A model generated the notes under the pieces. The model was not told where the DNA came from. It saw only the letters and a program-made list of their open reading frames with translations, and made no database searches. Position numbers and translations under genes: made by a program. Positions 1-8,931 of a stretch of DNA of 64,000 nucleotides are shown here, piece after piece; positions within the stretch are counted from its first letter, which is position 1; each line of letters begins with the position of its first letter. Origin of the DNA: Vulcanimicrobiota bacterium (GTDB lineage: Bacteria > Vulcanimicrobiota > Xenobia > Xenobiales > JADMJV01); the NCBI GenBank assembly GCA_050250895.1, contig JBFWNU010000001.1, positions 1,608,008-1,672,007 on the forward strand, written 5' to 3'.

Positions 1-994
1 CACCAATCTGCAAAAGATGCCTCACCTGCTGGTGGCGGGCACCACGGGGTCTGGTAAATCGGTCTGTGTCAACGGCCTGATCATCAGCTTGCTCTATCGC
101 TTTACCCCCCGTCAGCTGCAGATCATGATGGTGGACCCCAAGCAGGTCGAACTGTCGGTCTATGAAGGCATTCCTCACCTGGTGGGCTTTGCCGGGCAGG
201 GCCAGGGCGAGATTATCGTCGAGCCAAAGCGGGCTGCCCTGGCCCTTCATCAAGTTGTCGAACTGATGGAGCTACGCTACAAGATGTTCGCCGAATCCCG
301 GGTGCGCAACCTGGAGGAGTACAACCAGAAGGCCGCTGACCCGTTGCCATGGTTCGTGGTCATCATCGATGAGTTGGCCGACTTGATGATGGTGGCTTCG
401 AAGACGGTCGAAACCTCCATCTGCCGTATCGCTCAAAAGGCTCGGGCAGCCGGCATTCATTTGGTTCTGGCAACCCAGCGTCCATCGGCTGACGTGATTA
501 CCGGCCTGATCAAGGTGAACATTCCGTCCCGCTGTGCTTTTGCGGTGTCGTCACAAGTCGATTCGCGAGTCATCCTCGATACCGGTGGCGCCGAGCACCT
601 GCTGGGCAAAGGCGACATGCTCTTCATGCCGGTCGATGCTTCGGACCCTCGTCGAATTCAAGGCAGCTATGTGGGCAACGATGAGATCGCCAGGGTGGTC
701 GAGTTTTGGAAAGGTCAGGCTGCTCCCGAGAATCTTATCGAACTCGAGGTTTGCGAGATCGAGCAAGAGAGTAGCGACGATGGTGGCGACGATGCTGATG
801 ACGAGTTGGTCAAAGAAGCTCTGCAGGTCGTGCTCAAGCGCAAACAGGCCTCGGCCTCGATGCTACAGACCGAGCTCAAGGTTGGCTATGCTCGGGCCCG
901 TCGCATCTTGATGGCGATGGAGAAGAAGGGGTATGTCGGCCCCGCTGAGGGTAGCAAGCCGCGTAAGATTCTCTACACGGGCATTGAGCCGTAG
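1..994 (+). CDS. ftsK: DNA translocase FtsK/SpoIIIE, C-terminal part (5'-truncated by window edge)
   Basis: PHLLVAGTTGSGKS Walker A, VIIDELADLMM Walker B, ARAAGIHLVLATQRPS, C-terminal gamma domain (ASASMLQ..VGYARARRI). Confidence 0.96.
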   Translation, partial: TNLQKMPHLLVAGTTGSGKSVCVNGLIISLLYRFTPRQLQIMMVDPKQVELSVYEGIPHLVGFAGQGQGEIIVEPKRAALALHQVVELMELRYKMFAESRVRNLEEYNQKAADPLPWFVVIIDELADLMMVASKTVETSICRIAQKARAAGIHLVLATQRPSADVITGLIKVNIPSRCAFAVSSQVDSRVILDTGGAEHLLGKGDMLFMPVDASDPRRIQGSYVGNDEIARVVEFWKGQAAPENLIELEVCEIEQESSDDGGDDADDELVKEALQVVLKRKQASASMLQTELKVGYARARRILMAMEKKGYVGPAEGSKPRKILYTGIEP

Positions 995-1027
995 CAAAAA
1001 CGGGCGGTCAGGCCGCCCGTTTTTGCT
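993..1027. terminator. Bidirectional intrinsic terminator between ftsK and the lexA operon
   Basis: AGCAAAAACGGGCGG-tcagg-CCGCCCGTTTTTGCT, 15-bp inverted repeat with A/T runs on both sides. Confidence 0.88.
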
Positions 1028-1043
1028 TGAGGGGAGGGGTCCG

Positions 1044-1112
1044 ACCCGCCCGGCCTCCTCGAAGAGGCTGTTGAATCTGGTTCGGCGATTCCTCAGAGGA
1101 GGACGGGCGGGT
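1044..1112. repeat. Long imperfect inverted repeat (hairpin)
   Basis: ACCCGCCCGGCCTCCTC (1044-1060) pairs with GAGGAGGACGGGCGGGT (1096-1112) with one mismatch. Confidence 0.7.
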
Positions 1113-1164
1113 GGTTTTTAGGCTTGGCTTTTTCAGGTTTTGATGCGTTCCGCGCGTAGGTAGA

Positions 1165-1452
1165 TTACGCGCCCAAGAGCCACAGGCTGCTAAGCGCTGC
1201 GGCCATAGACATTCCGAAGACCATCACCTCCAATCCGTTAGCCAGGATGGTTCTCAGCTCCGGGTAAGCTGAGTGAGCAAGCTTGATGCATTTACGTGCC
1301 AGTTGTTTGAGGTAGGGGAGCGCCCGGCCACGACGGGAATCCCGTCGTGACCGGCGCCGAGGATTGGGGTTCCTCCAGGTGGTTCGGGGGCGAATGATTG
1401 AGAAAAATTCAACATTCAGGTCCATAGCAGTAGCAGTGGCGGGGTAACTCAT
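1165..1452 (-). CDS. Small basic protein with C-terminal transmembrane helix, last gene of lexA operon
   Basis: GGAGG RBS 6 nt before ATG; Arg-rich middle; hydrophobic C-terminus VMVFGMSMAAALSSLWLLGA. Confidence 0.65.
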   Translation of the reverse strand: MSYPATATAMDLNVEFFSIIRPRTTWRNPNPRRRSRRDSRRGRALPYLKQLARKCIKLAHSAYPELRTILANGLEVMVFGMSMAAALSSLWLLGA

Positions 1453-1518
1453 AGTGATCCTCCAGGTGATTCGGTTTCGCGACGGGATGGCTCTCGGTCT
1501 TATGCCGAGTGACCAGGG

Positions 1519-1695
1519 TTAGGCCGGAAAGTGGCCCAAAATTTCGCTGTCTGGGAAGAGAGCTTGAGCGGCTCGGACAAAGCGAGCGTGGGGTGTCTCT
1601 TTCTTGGCTTTCTTCGGCTTGGGACGTTTGGATACGGTCGAGAAGAGCGGCAGCGTAGTTTCTCTTGTCTTGTCGATGAGTCGTTGTGCCAACAT
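1519..1695 (-). CDS. Small hypothetical protein (58 aa) downstream of lexA
   Basis: AGGAGG RBS before ATG at 1695 (MLAQRLIDK...), 25 nt after the lexA stop. Confidence 0.65.
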   Translation of the reverse strand: MLAQRLIDKTRETTLPLFSTVSKRPKPKKAKKETPHARFVRAAQALFPDSEILGHFPA

Positions 1696-1720
1696 GAGGG
1701 TCTGCCTCCTTAAACTTTCT

Positions 1721-2341
1721 TTAGCGATACTTTCGAATGAGAGCCGAAACACGGCCGAGTAGCGAGAGATTTCCGAAGACGACGATGTCTTCGAAGGCGG
1801 GATTGTCAGAGCGAAGGATTACGCGGTCTTTTTCAGGATAGAATCTTTTGACGGTGGCCTCGTCTTCAACCATTGCAACTACGATTTCACCCCGATGAGC
1901 AGTGCTCTGTTTCTCTACCAGGACCAGGTCGCCGGGTTGAATGGCATCGGCCATACTTTCTCCCCGGACCCGCAACAAGAAGTGCTCCTGGTTGATGCCT
2001 AGCCAGTCGGAACACACCGGGATTTGATCCTCGATGTTCTCGACCGCCAGGATGGGTTGTCCGGCGGCGACTTCGCCGAGTAGCGGTATCATCGTTACGC
2101 GGTCTGAGAGGTCACTCATCAGCAGGTCGTCGGCTAACTGAATCGAGCGTGCTCGTGAGTCTCTGGTGAGATAGCCTTTCTTTTCCAGAGCGTCGATGTG
2201 CCTTCTTACACCCTGCGTCGACGCGATGTCGAAGTGAGAGGAGATCTCTCGGAGGGTGGGCGGATAGCCACGGCTCTGGATGGCCTCGACGATGAAGTCG
2301 AGAATGGCTTGCTGTCTATCAGTTAGTGATTGTCTAGTCAT
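1721..2341 (-). CDS. lexA: SOS transcriptional repressor LexA
   Basis: N-terminal wHTH (LTDRQQAILDFI..GYPPTLREI), Ala-Gly cleavage site (VAAGQP), catalytic Ser (GESM) and Lys (TVKRF). Confidence 0.97.
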   Translation of the reverse strand: MTRQSLTDRQQAILDFIVEAIQSRGYPPTLREISSHFDIASTQGVRRHIDALEKKGYLTRDSRARSIQLADDLLMSDLSDRVTMIPLLGEVAAGQPILAVENIEDQIPVCSDWLGINQEHFLLRVRGESMADAIQPGDLVLVEKQSTAHRGEIVVAMVEDEATVKRFYPEKDRVILRSDNPAFEDIVVFGNLSLLGRVSALIRKYR

Positions 2342-2343
2342 AG

Positions 2344-2417
2344 GTGCACATTTGGGTAGGTGCTCGTTTGTTCACTTCCTACATTGGCAGTATAGTGCCC
2401 GGATGTGCACCTGTCAA
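2344..2417 (-). promoter_or_regulatory. lexA sigma70 promoter with three candidate LexA boxes
   Basis: TTGACA(2417-2412)-17 nt-TATACT(2394-2389); related 16-mers at 2395-2410, 2360-2375 and 2344-2359. Confidence 0.8.
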
Positions 2418-2436
2418 GGTGATCTTGAAATTTTTT

Positions 2437-3075
2437 TTAGCCTGCCGCGATGGCCTTATCTTGTGGGGCTATCGTGGCTAGCGGCTTGCGGGCTTCTACC
2501 AGTGCGAGCGGAATCAGACCTTTGACAAGTTGGTGTTGCACTTTCTCGAAGCCGGCCTGTTCGACCAGAGCACTCAACCCTTTGGCACTAAAGCGGTGGC
2601 GAACTGGTAAGCCCAGGTGGTAGGCCAGGCTTGAGACCAGTCTCGACCAACGATCTTCACCGTGACAGAAGGTGGGTAGAAGCAGCACGCCTCCCGGACG
2701 CAGGCTAGGCAGGATAGCCGCCAGCGCCGGGCCGGGCCTGTCCAGCAGATGAATGAGGTTGCCCATGATGACGATATCGAAGCGTTCGTGGGGGTCCGGC
2801 CAGCTCTGCGAAGCATCGTGGCCCCGCGCGGTCACGTAAGGGATGGTTGATAGGCGCGCTACCATCGCGGGTGCCAGGTCTGTGGCCAGGTAGCGGGCGC
2901 AGCGAGGTGCGACCTCGCGAGCGATGGCGCCGGTGCCCGCACCAAGTTCTAGCACCTCCATGCCATGGTCAACCCTCAGGCGAATCCATTCGAGCATGCG
3001 GCGATAAGGACGGCCGAACAATAGCGAGATCAGTGGGTCATAGAAAGGGGCCAGCCAGTTCCAAAAGTCGCTCAT
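2437..3075 (-). CDS. Class I SAM-dependent methyltransferase
   Basis: VLELGAGTG motif I, ATDLAPAM, LRPGG. Confidence 0.9.
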   Translation of the reverse strand: MSDFWNWLAPFYDPLISLLFGRPYRRMLEWIRLRVDHGMEVLELGAGTGAIAREVAPRCARYLATDLAPAMVARLSTIPYVTARGHDASQSWPDPHERFDIVIMGNLIHLLDRPGPALAAILPSLRPGGVLLLPTFCHGEDRWSRLVSSLAYHLGLPVRHRFSAKGLSALVEQAGFEKVQHQLVKGLIPLALVEARKPLATIAPQDKAIAAG

Positions 3076-3361
3076 CGTCGCGATTTCTGGCGAGAGGTGG
3101 TAAGATCATTCCCGCTCGGGTCAAACTACCGCGGATAGTCAATTCACGACGAGGCGCCCGTGCGCAAGGAAGTTTGAGCGATGCTCCCTGGGCGACCTCT
3201 CACTTCGGGCGGATGCGCTAGGATATGGTTGGTGAGCTTCGCGCTCGAGGTCCATTTTGGGGGCCGTCAAGGCCGGCCGTCGACTGAGGGCTCGCATTTT
3301 TCGGACGAAGCCAGGCATATAGTGCAATCAGGCAGAAGCGAGGAAGTCGGCAAGCCTCGGC

Positions 3362-3422
3362 AAAATAAGAAAAGCCCCGGCTTTCGCCGGGGCGTTAGGT
3401 CCAACCAATGCTCATCTCACTG
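3362..3422 (-). ncRNA. Candidate small RNA ending in an intrinsic terminator
   Basis: Minus-strand GCCCCGGC-GAAA-GCCGGGGC hairpin plus U-rich tail (3362-3393) with no upstream minus-strand gene; -10-like TAAAGT at 3433-3428. Confidence 0.4.
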
Positions 3423-3551
3423 AGGAAACTTTACCGCGCCAGCGTCACAGGAGCGTTAAGGGCGCTAGCGTAAGTGTGTTCGTTTTTTCGTTCGGTGGAC
3501 GGGCGGGGTAGCAGGAAGAAAACTCGCGAGCGCGACTATAGCAGGGTCCGT

Positions 3552-3580
3552 TTGCGTGCGAAGGCGTTTTCGGCTAAAAT
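3552..3580 (+). promoter_or_regulatory. Putative sigma70 promoter of the 7TM-HD/ybeY operon
   Basis: TTGCGT-17 nt-TAAAAT. Confidence 0.55.
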
Positions 3581-3649
3581 ACAAGAATCAAGTGTCATTC
3601 ATCTTGAAAAGGACATGTCCGGCGATGAACAATCGCATCCGGAGCGCAT

Positions 3650-5767
3650 ATGGGTTCCCGAGTCCGGCCTAAAGAATCGTCCGACAAGCGGAATCCAGGC
3701 CACTCTTGGACCGTTTGGCTCCACTTTCTTTGGGTATTTTTAGCCCTCTGTATCACCTTAGCTATCGACCATTGGCCCGATCAGGTCAACCTGTCGGTGG
3801 GCGAGGTCAGTCCGGTCTCGGTCATGGCCGACCGGACCGTCGAGATCCCGAACGAACGAGCCACCGAGGAGGCCCGCCGCCGGGCGGCGAGCCAGGTGGA
3901 GACGGTCTACATCTTCGATCCGACCGCCGTTCGTCTCGGTGAGCAGAAGATCCAGGAAGCCTTCGATCTCATCGGTCGTATGGCCAGACTCAAGCGGGCC
4001 GTCAAGAAGGGCAAGCTGCCGGCCGAGTATGACGAGATGGCCCAGGCTCTGCCCATCAGTTTCAGCGCCTCGCAGCTCGATCTCTTGACCTCGACCGATC
4101 AAGACCAGTTGCTGATCCTCGAGACCACCGCGACCCATATCCTGTTTTCGGTGATGGAGACCAGCATTACCCAGGAAAGTCTGCCGGGGGTGCGGGCGGG
4201 CCTTCCCGAGATGGCCCAGGACCAGTTGGCCAGCCTCGACGAGAAGTATCGTCAGCCGGTTCTCGCTGCCGTTTCCGACTCTCTTTATCCCAACCGCAAT
4301 CCCGATTACGAGGCGACCAAACGCGCCGAGCAAGAGGCAATGGCTTCGGTCAAGCCCATCACCACCATTATCCCCAAAGGCTTTGCGGTGGTTCGCGAGG
4401 GAGACCTGGTCTCGCCGCGTCAGATTAGCGCGCTAGAAGCACTGGGCGTCAGCAAGCCCAAACTCAACGTTCAGCGACTGGTCGGTTACGCTCTGCTGGT
4501 CGGCTCGTTGATGCTGCTGGTGGTCGGTTTCTTGCGCCGCGAGCGCCCCGAGTTCTACTCGTCGCGACGTCATCTGGTGTTGCTCGGCGTGATCGTGGTC
4601 TCGACGGCCATCATCTGTCGGATGCTGGTGGGCTTGTCGATCTATCTGGCCCCCGTAGCCATCGCTTCGATTCTGGCTACCATCTTGCTCGAGGCTCGCC
4701 TAGGCTTGCTGGTCACGGGCTTTCTGGCCATCTACGTAGGTGTGATGGCTCAGAGTCTGCCCGCCTGTGGAGCCAGTTTCATCACGGGAGCGGCCGGTGT
4801 CCTGGCCTTGTCGAAGGTGACCAGCCGCAGCCGGCTGATCTATGCCAGTATCCTGGTGGGGCTAGCGAACCTGGCTGCGGTCGTGGCTTTCGAACTCGTA
4901 GACTCGGTAGGTTTCACCGACAGTCTCAACAACGTCGGATTCGGCTTGCTCAACGGCTTTTTGTCGGCCTGGCTGGCGGTCGGGGCCCTCCCCATGTTCG
5001 AGCACTTCTCCGGCATTACTACTCATCTGAAACTGCTCGACCTGTCTAACCTCAACGAGCCTCTGTTGCAGCGCCTGACTCGCGAGGCGCCGGGCACTTA
5101 TCAGCATTCGATGATGGTAGCCAACCTGGCCGAGCAGTGCGCCCGCGAGATCGGCGCCGACGCGATGTTGTGTCGGGTCGGGGCCTATTATCACGACATC
5201 GGCAAGATGAAGCGTCCGCGCTTTTTCATCGAGAACCAGACCGGACTCGAGAACCCGCATGACCGTCTGGCGCCGAGTCTTTCCACCAAGATTATCCTGT
5301 CTCACGTCAAGGACGGGCTCGAGATGGGTCGTCAAGCCAACTTGCCGGATACCTTGCTCGACTTTATCGCGCAGCATCACGGCACCAGTCTGGTGAGTTA
5401 CTTCTATCACCAGGCCCGCTCGCGTTCGAGCGAGCCCGTCTACGAAGATGACTTCCGCTATCCTGGCCCTAAGCCACAGACTCGCGAGACGGCCATTTTG
5501 CTGCTTTGCGACGGGCTCGAGGCAGCCGCCCGCACGCTGTCGCATCCTACACCCGAGAAGATCTCCGAGCTGGTGCACAAGATGATCAAGAACCATCTCG
5601 ATGACGGCCAGCTCGACGAATGCGATCTGTCGCTCAAGGACCTTCAGCTCATTCGCCAGTCTTTGATTCGGTCGCTGCAGGGGATTTATCACACCCGCAT
5701 CGAGTACCCGGAGGCATCCAGTCTCTCGGGACGAAAGAAAGTGACCCAGCTGAGGAGGAAAGTCTAG
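3650..5767 (+). CDS. pgpH: 7TM-HD phosphohydrolase (PgpH/YqfF-like c-di-AMP phosphodiesterase family)
   Basis: N-terminal TM, large extracytoplasmic domain, multi-TM region, APGTYQHS..YYHDIGK HD domain, FRYPGPKPQTRE; conserved position upstream of ybeY. Confidence 0.88.
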   Translation: MGSRVRPKESSDKRNPGHSWTVWLHFLWVFLALCITLAIDHWPDQVNLSVGEVSPVSVMADRTVEIPNERATEEARRRAASQVETVYIFDPTAVRLGEQKIQEAFDLIGRMARLKRAVKKGKLPAEYDEMAQALPISFSASQLDLLTSTDQDQLLILETTATHILFSVMETSITQESLPGVRAGLPEMAQDQLASLDEKYRQPVLAAVSDSLYPNRNPDYEATKRAEQEAMASVKPITTIIPKGFAVVREGDLVSPRQISALEALGVSKPKLNVQRLVGYALLVGSLMLLVVGFLRRERPEFYSSRRHLVLLGVIVVSTAIICRMLVGLSIYLAPVAIASILATILLEARLGLLVTGFLAIYVGVMAQSLPACGASFITGAAGVLALSKVTSRSRLIYASILVGLANLAAVVAFELVDSVGFTDSLNNVGFGLLNGFLSAWLAVGALPMFEHFSGITTHLKLLDLSNLNEPLLQRLTREAPGTYQHSMMVANLAEQCAREIGADAMLCRVGAYYHDIGKMKRPRFFIENQTGLENPHDRLAPSLSTKIILSHVKDGLEMGRQANLPDTLLDFIAQHHGTSLVSYFYHQARSRSSEPVYEDDFRYPGPKPQTRETAILLLCDGLEAAARTLSHPTPEKISELVHKMIKNHLDDGQLDECDLSLKDLQLIRQSLIRSLQGIYHTRIEYPEASSLSGRKKVTQLRRKV

Positions 5768-5805
5768 GTCTGCCTGACGTGGACGAGGACATAGGACCCC
5801 TTGCC

Positions 5806-6243
5806 GTGGTGATTACTCATCAGGTGGAGGAGTCCAGCGAGGTTCGCGAGAGCTTGCTTTTGCAGGCCGCGACGGTCGCCGCCCGGGTGGGGGGGTGCCG
5901 GGAAGAAGCCGAGCTGAGCCTGGTTATGGCTGACGATGAGATCATCCGTGAGCTCAACCGGGATTATCGGGGCATCGATAAGGCCACCGATGTGCTCTCT
6001 TTTGCCCAGGACGAAGGTCCAGCCTTTCCTCAAAGCGGCTTGCGGTTGCTTGGTGATGTCATCGTGTCGATCGATACGGTGCGCAGACAGGCGGCTAGCA
6101 ACGGCGTGGCTTTCGAGCGTGAGTTAGCCTGGGTGGTCTGCCACGGAGTCTTGCATCTGCTTGGCTACGATCATCAGAACGACGAGGAGCACGCCCAGAT
6201 GGTGGCCCTCGAGAATCAAGCCCTTCAGGAGCTGGGTTTCTGA
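5806..6243 (+). CDS. ybeY: rRNA maturation endoribonuclease YbeY
   Basis: LNRDYRGIDKATDVLSF and HGVLHLLGYDH zinc motif; GTG start at 5806 chosen from AGGA RBS (start uncertain). Confidence 0.93.
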   Translation: MVITHQVEESSEVRESLLLQAATVAARVGGCREEAELSLVMADDEIIRELNRDYRGIDKATDVLSFAQDEGPAFPQSGLRLLGDVIVSIDTVRRQAASNGVAFERELAWVVCHGVLHLLGYDHQNDEEHAQMVALENQALQELGF

Positions 6244-6671
6244 TGAAGATCTCCAAGAGCCCGGGCTTGTTGGCCAGTTTGCGATTCGCCCTCGATGGCT
6301 TGCGCTATACCTTCGAGCGCGAGCGGAATTTTCGCACTCACTGCGCCCTGGCCGTGGTAGCCTGTGGATTGGGCTGGCGGTGTGGACTGCCCCGCCTCGA
6401 CTTTCTCTGGGTGGGCCTGGTCATTACCCTGGTGTTGGTGGCAGAGTTGTTCAACACGGCCGTAGAGAGCCTGGTCGATATGGCTTCTCCTGCCGTCCAT
6501 CCTCTGGCCAAAGCGGCCAAGGACGCATCTGCCGCAGGCGTCCTGGTCACCTCTCTGTTTGCGGTGGTGGTGGGCTTGCTGATCTTCGGACCACACCTTG
6601 GTTGGTGGCAGGTTGGGTTGTTCTTGGGCCTGGTGGGCCTGAGCCTGGGAAAGGGTAGAGCGCCTTGTTAG
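6243..6671 (+). CDS. dgkA: Diacylglycerol/undecaprenol kinase family protein
   Basis: ERNFRTH, AELFNTAVESLVD, AKAAKDASAAGVL; follows ybeY. Confidence 0.9.
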   Translation: MKISKSPGLLASLRFALDGLRYTFERERNFRTHCALAVVACGLGWRCGLPRLDFLWVGLVITLVLVAELFNTAVESLVDMASPAVHPLAKAAKDASAAGVLVTSLFAVVVGLLIFGPHLGWWQVGLFLGLVGLSLGKGRAPC

Positions 6672-7906
6672 AGTTGTGGGGGCTGCCGGCCGTCGGAGTC
6701 GGAATGATTCTCGTGATCAGCCTGCTGGGCATGGCCGAGACGGCCCTGACTCAGGTAGGTTTACACCGCGTCCAGCGGATGTTGGCGGGTGACCAGGGGG
6801 ACGAGGCGTTCACCCCTGAAGAGCAAGCTCGCCTGCTGACCACGCTCCTGATGCTGCGCTCGATCCTGATTTTGATGCTGGGTGCTCTGACCGCTCTGTG
6901 GGCGGTGCGCATCGTGCCCGGGCCGGCCTATCTGCTGGCTTGCCTTTGCCTGACCACTCTGGTGCTGGTGGGTATCGAAGTCTTGGGGCGTCGCTACGCC
7001 CGGGTTCACTCCGATGCTATTGTGGCTAAGACTTTGTCCTTGCTGCGCAAGGTCAACCTGCTGCTCTCGCCCCTGGTCAACTTGATCTTCTTGCTGACCA
7101 ATCCCTTGAGCCCTGGTGAAGACAAGCTGCCCCTGGCCAGCCTGCAGGACCTGCACGAAGAGATCCTCGAGCTGAAATCGCAGGGCTTGCTCGAAGAAGC
7201 CGACACCGAGATGATCGAGTCGCTTTTCGAACTGGGCGAGACCATCGCTCGGGAGGTGATGGTGCCGCGGGTGGACATGATCTGCGCCCAGGTCGGCACC
7301 TCGCTGGGCGACGTGGTGGCCCTGATGAAAGAGCACGGGTTCTCGCGGATTCCGGTCTATCAGGATTCGATCGACACCATCTTGGGCTTCGTCCACGTCA
7401 AGGACCTGCTCACCGATATCGAGAACTCGACTCGGCCGGTGACCCGCGAAGACCTGCGCGAGGTGCTGGTGGTCCCCGGCACCAAGAAGGTAGTCGAGAT
7501 TTTGCGCGAGTTGCAGTCCGAGAATCTGGCTCTGGCGGTGGTGCTGGATGAATACGGCGGCACGGACGGCCTGCTCACTCTCGAGGACATCGTGGAAGAG
7601 ATCGTGGGTGACATCAACGACGAGTATGATCAGGAAGTGGCCGATCTCGAGATGCAGTCGGATGGCTCGGCCATTGTCGACGCCAAGATGATTCTCGAGG
7701 ATGTCAACGAGAGCCTGGGTCTGGACATTCCCGTCGACGAGCACGAGACGCTGGGCGGGTTCGTCTATGGCCAGCTGGGGCGCGTCCCCAAACCCGACGA
7801 GACCATCGAATTGGAAGGTCTGCGACTGACCGTGGTCGACGTCAATCGTCGCCGCATTACCCGTGTCCGTGTCGAGCGACTGGGTATCGAGGAGAACGTA
7901 GCCTGA
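6665..7906 (+). CDS. CNNM/CorC (hemolysin-like) protein: DUF21-CBS pair-CorC
   Basis: TM N-terminus, AREVMVPRVDM, GFSRIPVY, DEYGGTDGLLTLEDIVEEIVG, ETLGGFV. Confidence 0.92.
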   Translation: MLELWGLPAVGVGMILVISLLGMAETALTQVGLHRVQRMLAGDQGDEAFTPEEQARLLTTLLMLRSILILMLGALTALWAVRIVPGPAYLLACLCLTTLVLVGIEVLGRRYARVHSDAIVAKTLSLLRKVNLLLSPLVNLIFLLTNPLSPGEDKLPLASLQDLHEEILELKSQGLLEEADTEMIESLFELGETIAREVMVPRVDMICAQVGTSLGDVVALMKEHGFSRIPVYQDSIDTILGFVHVKDLLTDIENSTRPVTREDLREVLVVPGTKKVVEILRELQSENLALAVVLDEYGGTDGLLTLEDIVEEIVGDINDEYDQEVADLEMQSDGSAIVDAKMILEDVNESLGLDIPVDEHETLGGFVYGQLGRVPKPDETIELEGLRLTVVDVNRRRITRVRVERLGIEENVA

Positions 7907-8931
7907 GGCTGTGGCTGATGGTGGTGGCGCTGTGGTGGGCGCTGCCGGCGGCCGCTCAACCTCTGGTCATCGAGGACCAGGCTTATACTGACGCGCTGCG
8001 ACGGTCCAGCGGTTGGACGGGGGCCGATGGGGCCTATTCGGTGCCCGTCAAAGGCGGAACGCTCTGGCTCTTTAGCGATACCTTCGAGAGTACCATAGGC
8101 CCGGGCGGCCAGCGGCTACCCGGCTGGCGGATGGTCCACAACAGTCTGGCCTTTCAGCCTGGGGCGGACCCGTCTGCGCTGCAGTTTTGGCTACCGCCTC
8201 AGGGGCACTCGTGGTTCGAGCCGCCCGACGGCAAGGGCTGGTTCTGGCTGCTCGACGGAGTCGAGAGTCAGCCGGGTCGAGTTTGGGTGTTCCTATCGGG
8301 CTTTGAGGCCACCGGGACGGGGTCCTTTGATTTCGTGGGTCGGGGAGGCTGGCTGGCCGAGCTGAGCCTGACGCCGTCGGGTCCGAAAGTCGAGCGATAC
8401 TTGCGACTCGACTTCGGGCCGGCCGTCTTTGGAGCGGCCATTCTCGCCGAAGGCGACGACCTCTATCTCTATGGAACCATCGACCACCGCGATCATCGCG
8501 AGCTGGTGCTGGGCCGCACCAGCCGGGATCCCAGCGCTCTTTCGCAGTGGCGCTTTGCCGGCCCATCGGGTTGGGTGAGCCGGCCCGAGCAAGCCCGGGT
8601 GCTGGTGGACGAGGTGTCTAACGAGTTCTCGGTCCACTTTCAGCACGGTTTTTACTGGCTGATCTACGAGAGTCGCGGTAAGATCTTTCGGCGCCACAGT
8701 CGCAAGCCAGAGGGTCCGTTTTCGGAGGCCGAACTGGTCTATCAGCCTCCCGAGGCCAGTCGGGCGGGCCTCTTTGCCTACAACGCCAAAGCTCACCCCG
8801 AGCTGTCCCCAGCCGAGGGTCTGCTGGTCTCTTACAACGTGAACACCTATGACAATGATCGCCACCTTCGAGACGGCTGGTTGTACCGGCCGCACTTCAT
8901 TCGCTTGATGCCGCAGTGGTTCTGGCCGTGA
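7903..8931 (+). CDS. Secreted DUF4185/DUF5005-like beta-propeller (glycoside hydrolase-like) protein; probable CTG start
   Basis: Signal peptide ending PAAA-Q; GWTGADGAYS, WLFSDT, YNAKAHPEL, SYNVN, YRPHF motifs; CTGA overlap with upstream stop and GAGGAG RBS (alternative ATG at 7918). Confidence 0.72.
   Translation: MRLWLMVVALWWALPAAAQPLVIEDQAYTDALRRSSGWTGADGAYSVPVKGGTLWLFSDTFESTIGPGGQRLPGWRMVHNSLAFQPGADPSALQFWLPPQGHSWFEPPDGKGWFWLLDGVESQPGRVWVFLSGFEATGTGSFDFVGRGGWLAELSLTPSGPKVERYLRLDFGPAVFGAAILAEGDDLYLYGTIDHRDHRELVLGRTSRDPSALSQWRFAGPSGWVSRPEQARVLVDEVSNEFSVHFQHGFYWLIYESRGKIFRRHSRKPEGPFSEAELVYQPPEASRAGLFAYNAKAHPELSPAEGLLVSYNVNTYDNDRHLRDGWLYRPHFIRLMPQWFWP

Noticed and set aside
3139-3327. 62-aa minus-strand ORF upstream of the methyltransferase
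   Set aside because: No convincing RBS or motif; cannot be supported
3474-3649. c-di-AMP riboswitch or 6S RNA upstream of the PgpH-like gene
   Set aside because: No recognisable conserved motifs; the leader after the predicted promoter is short
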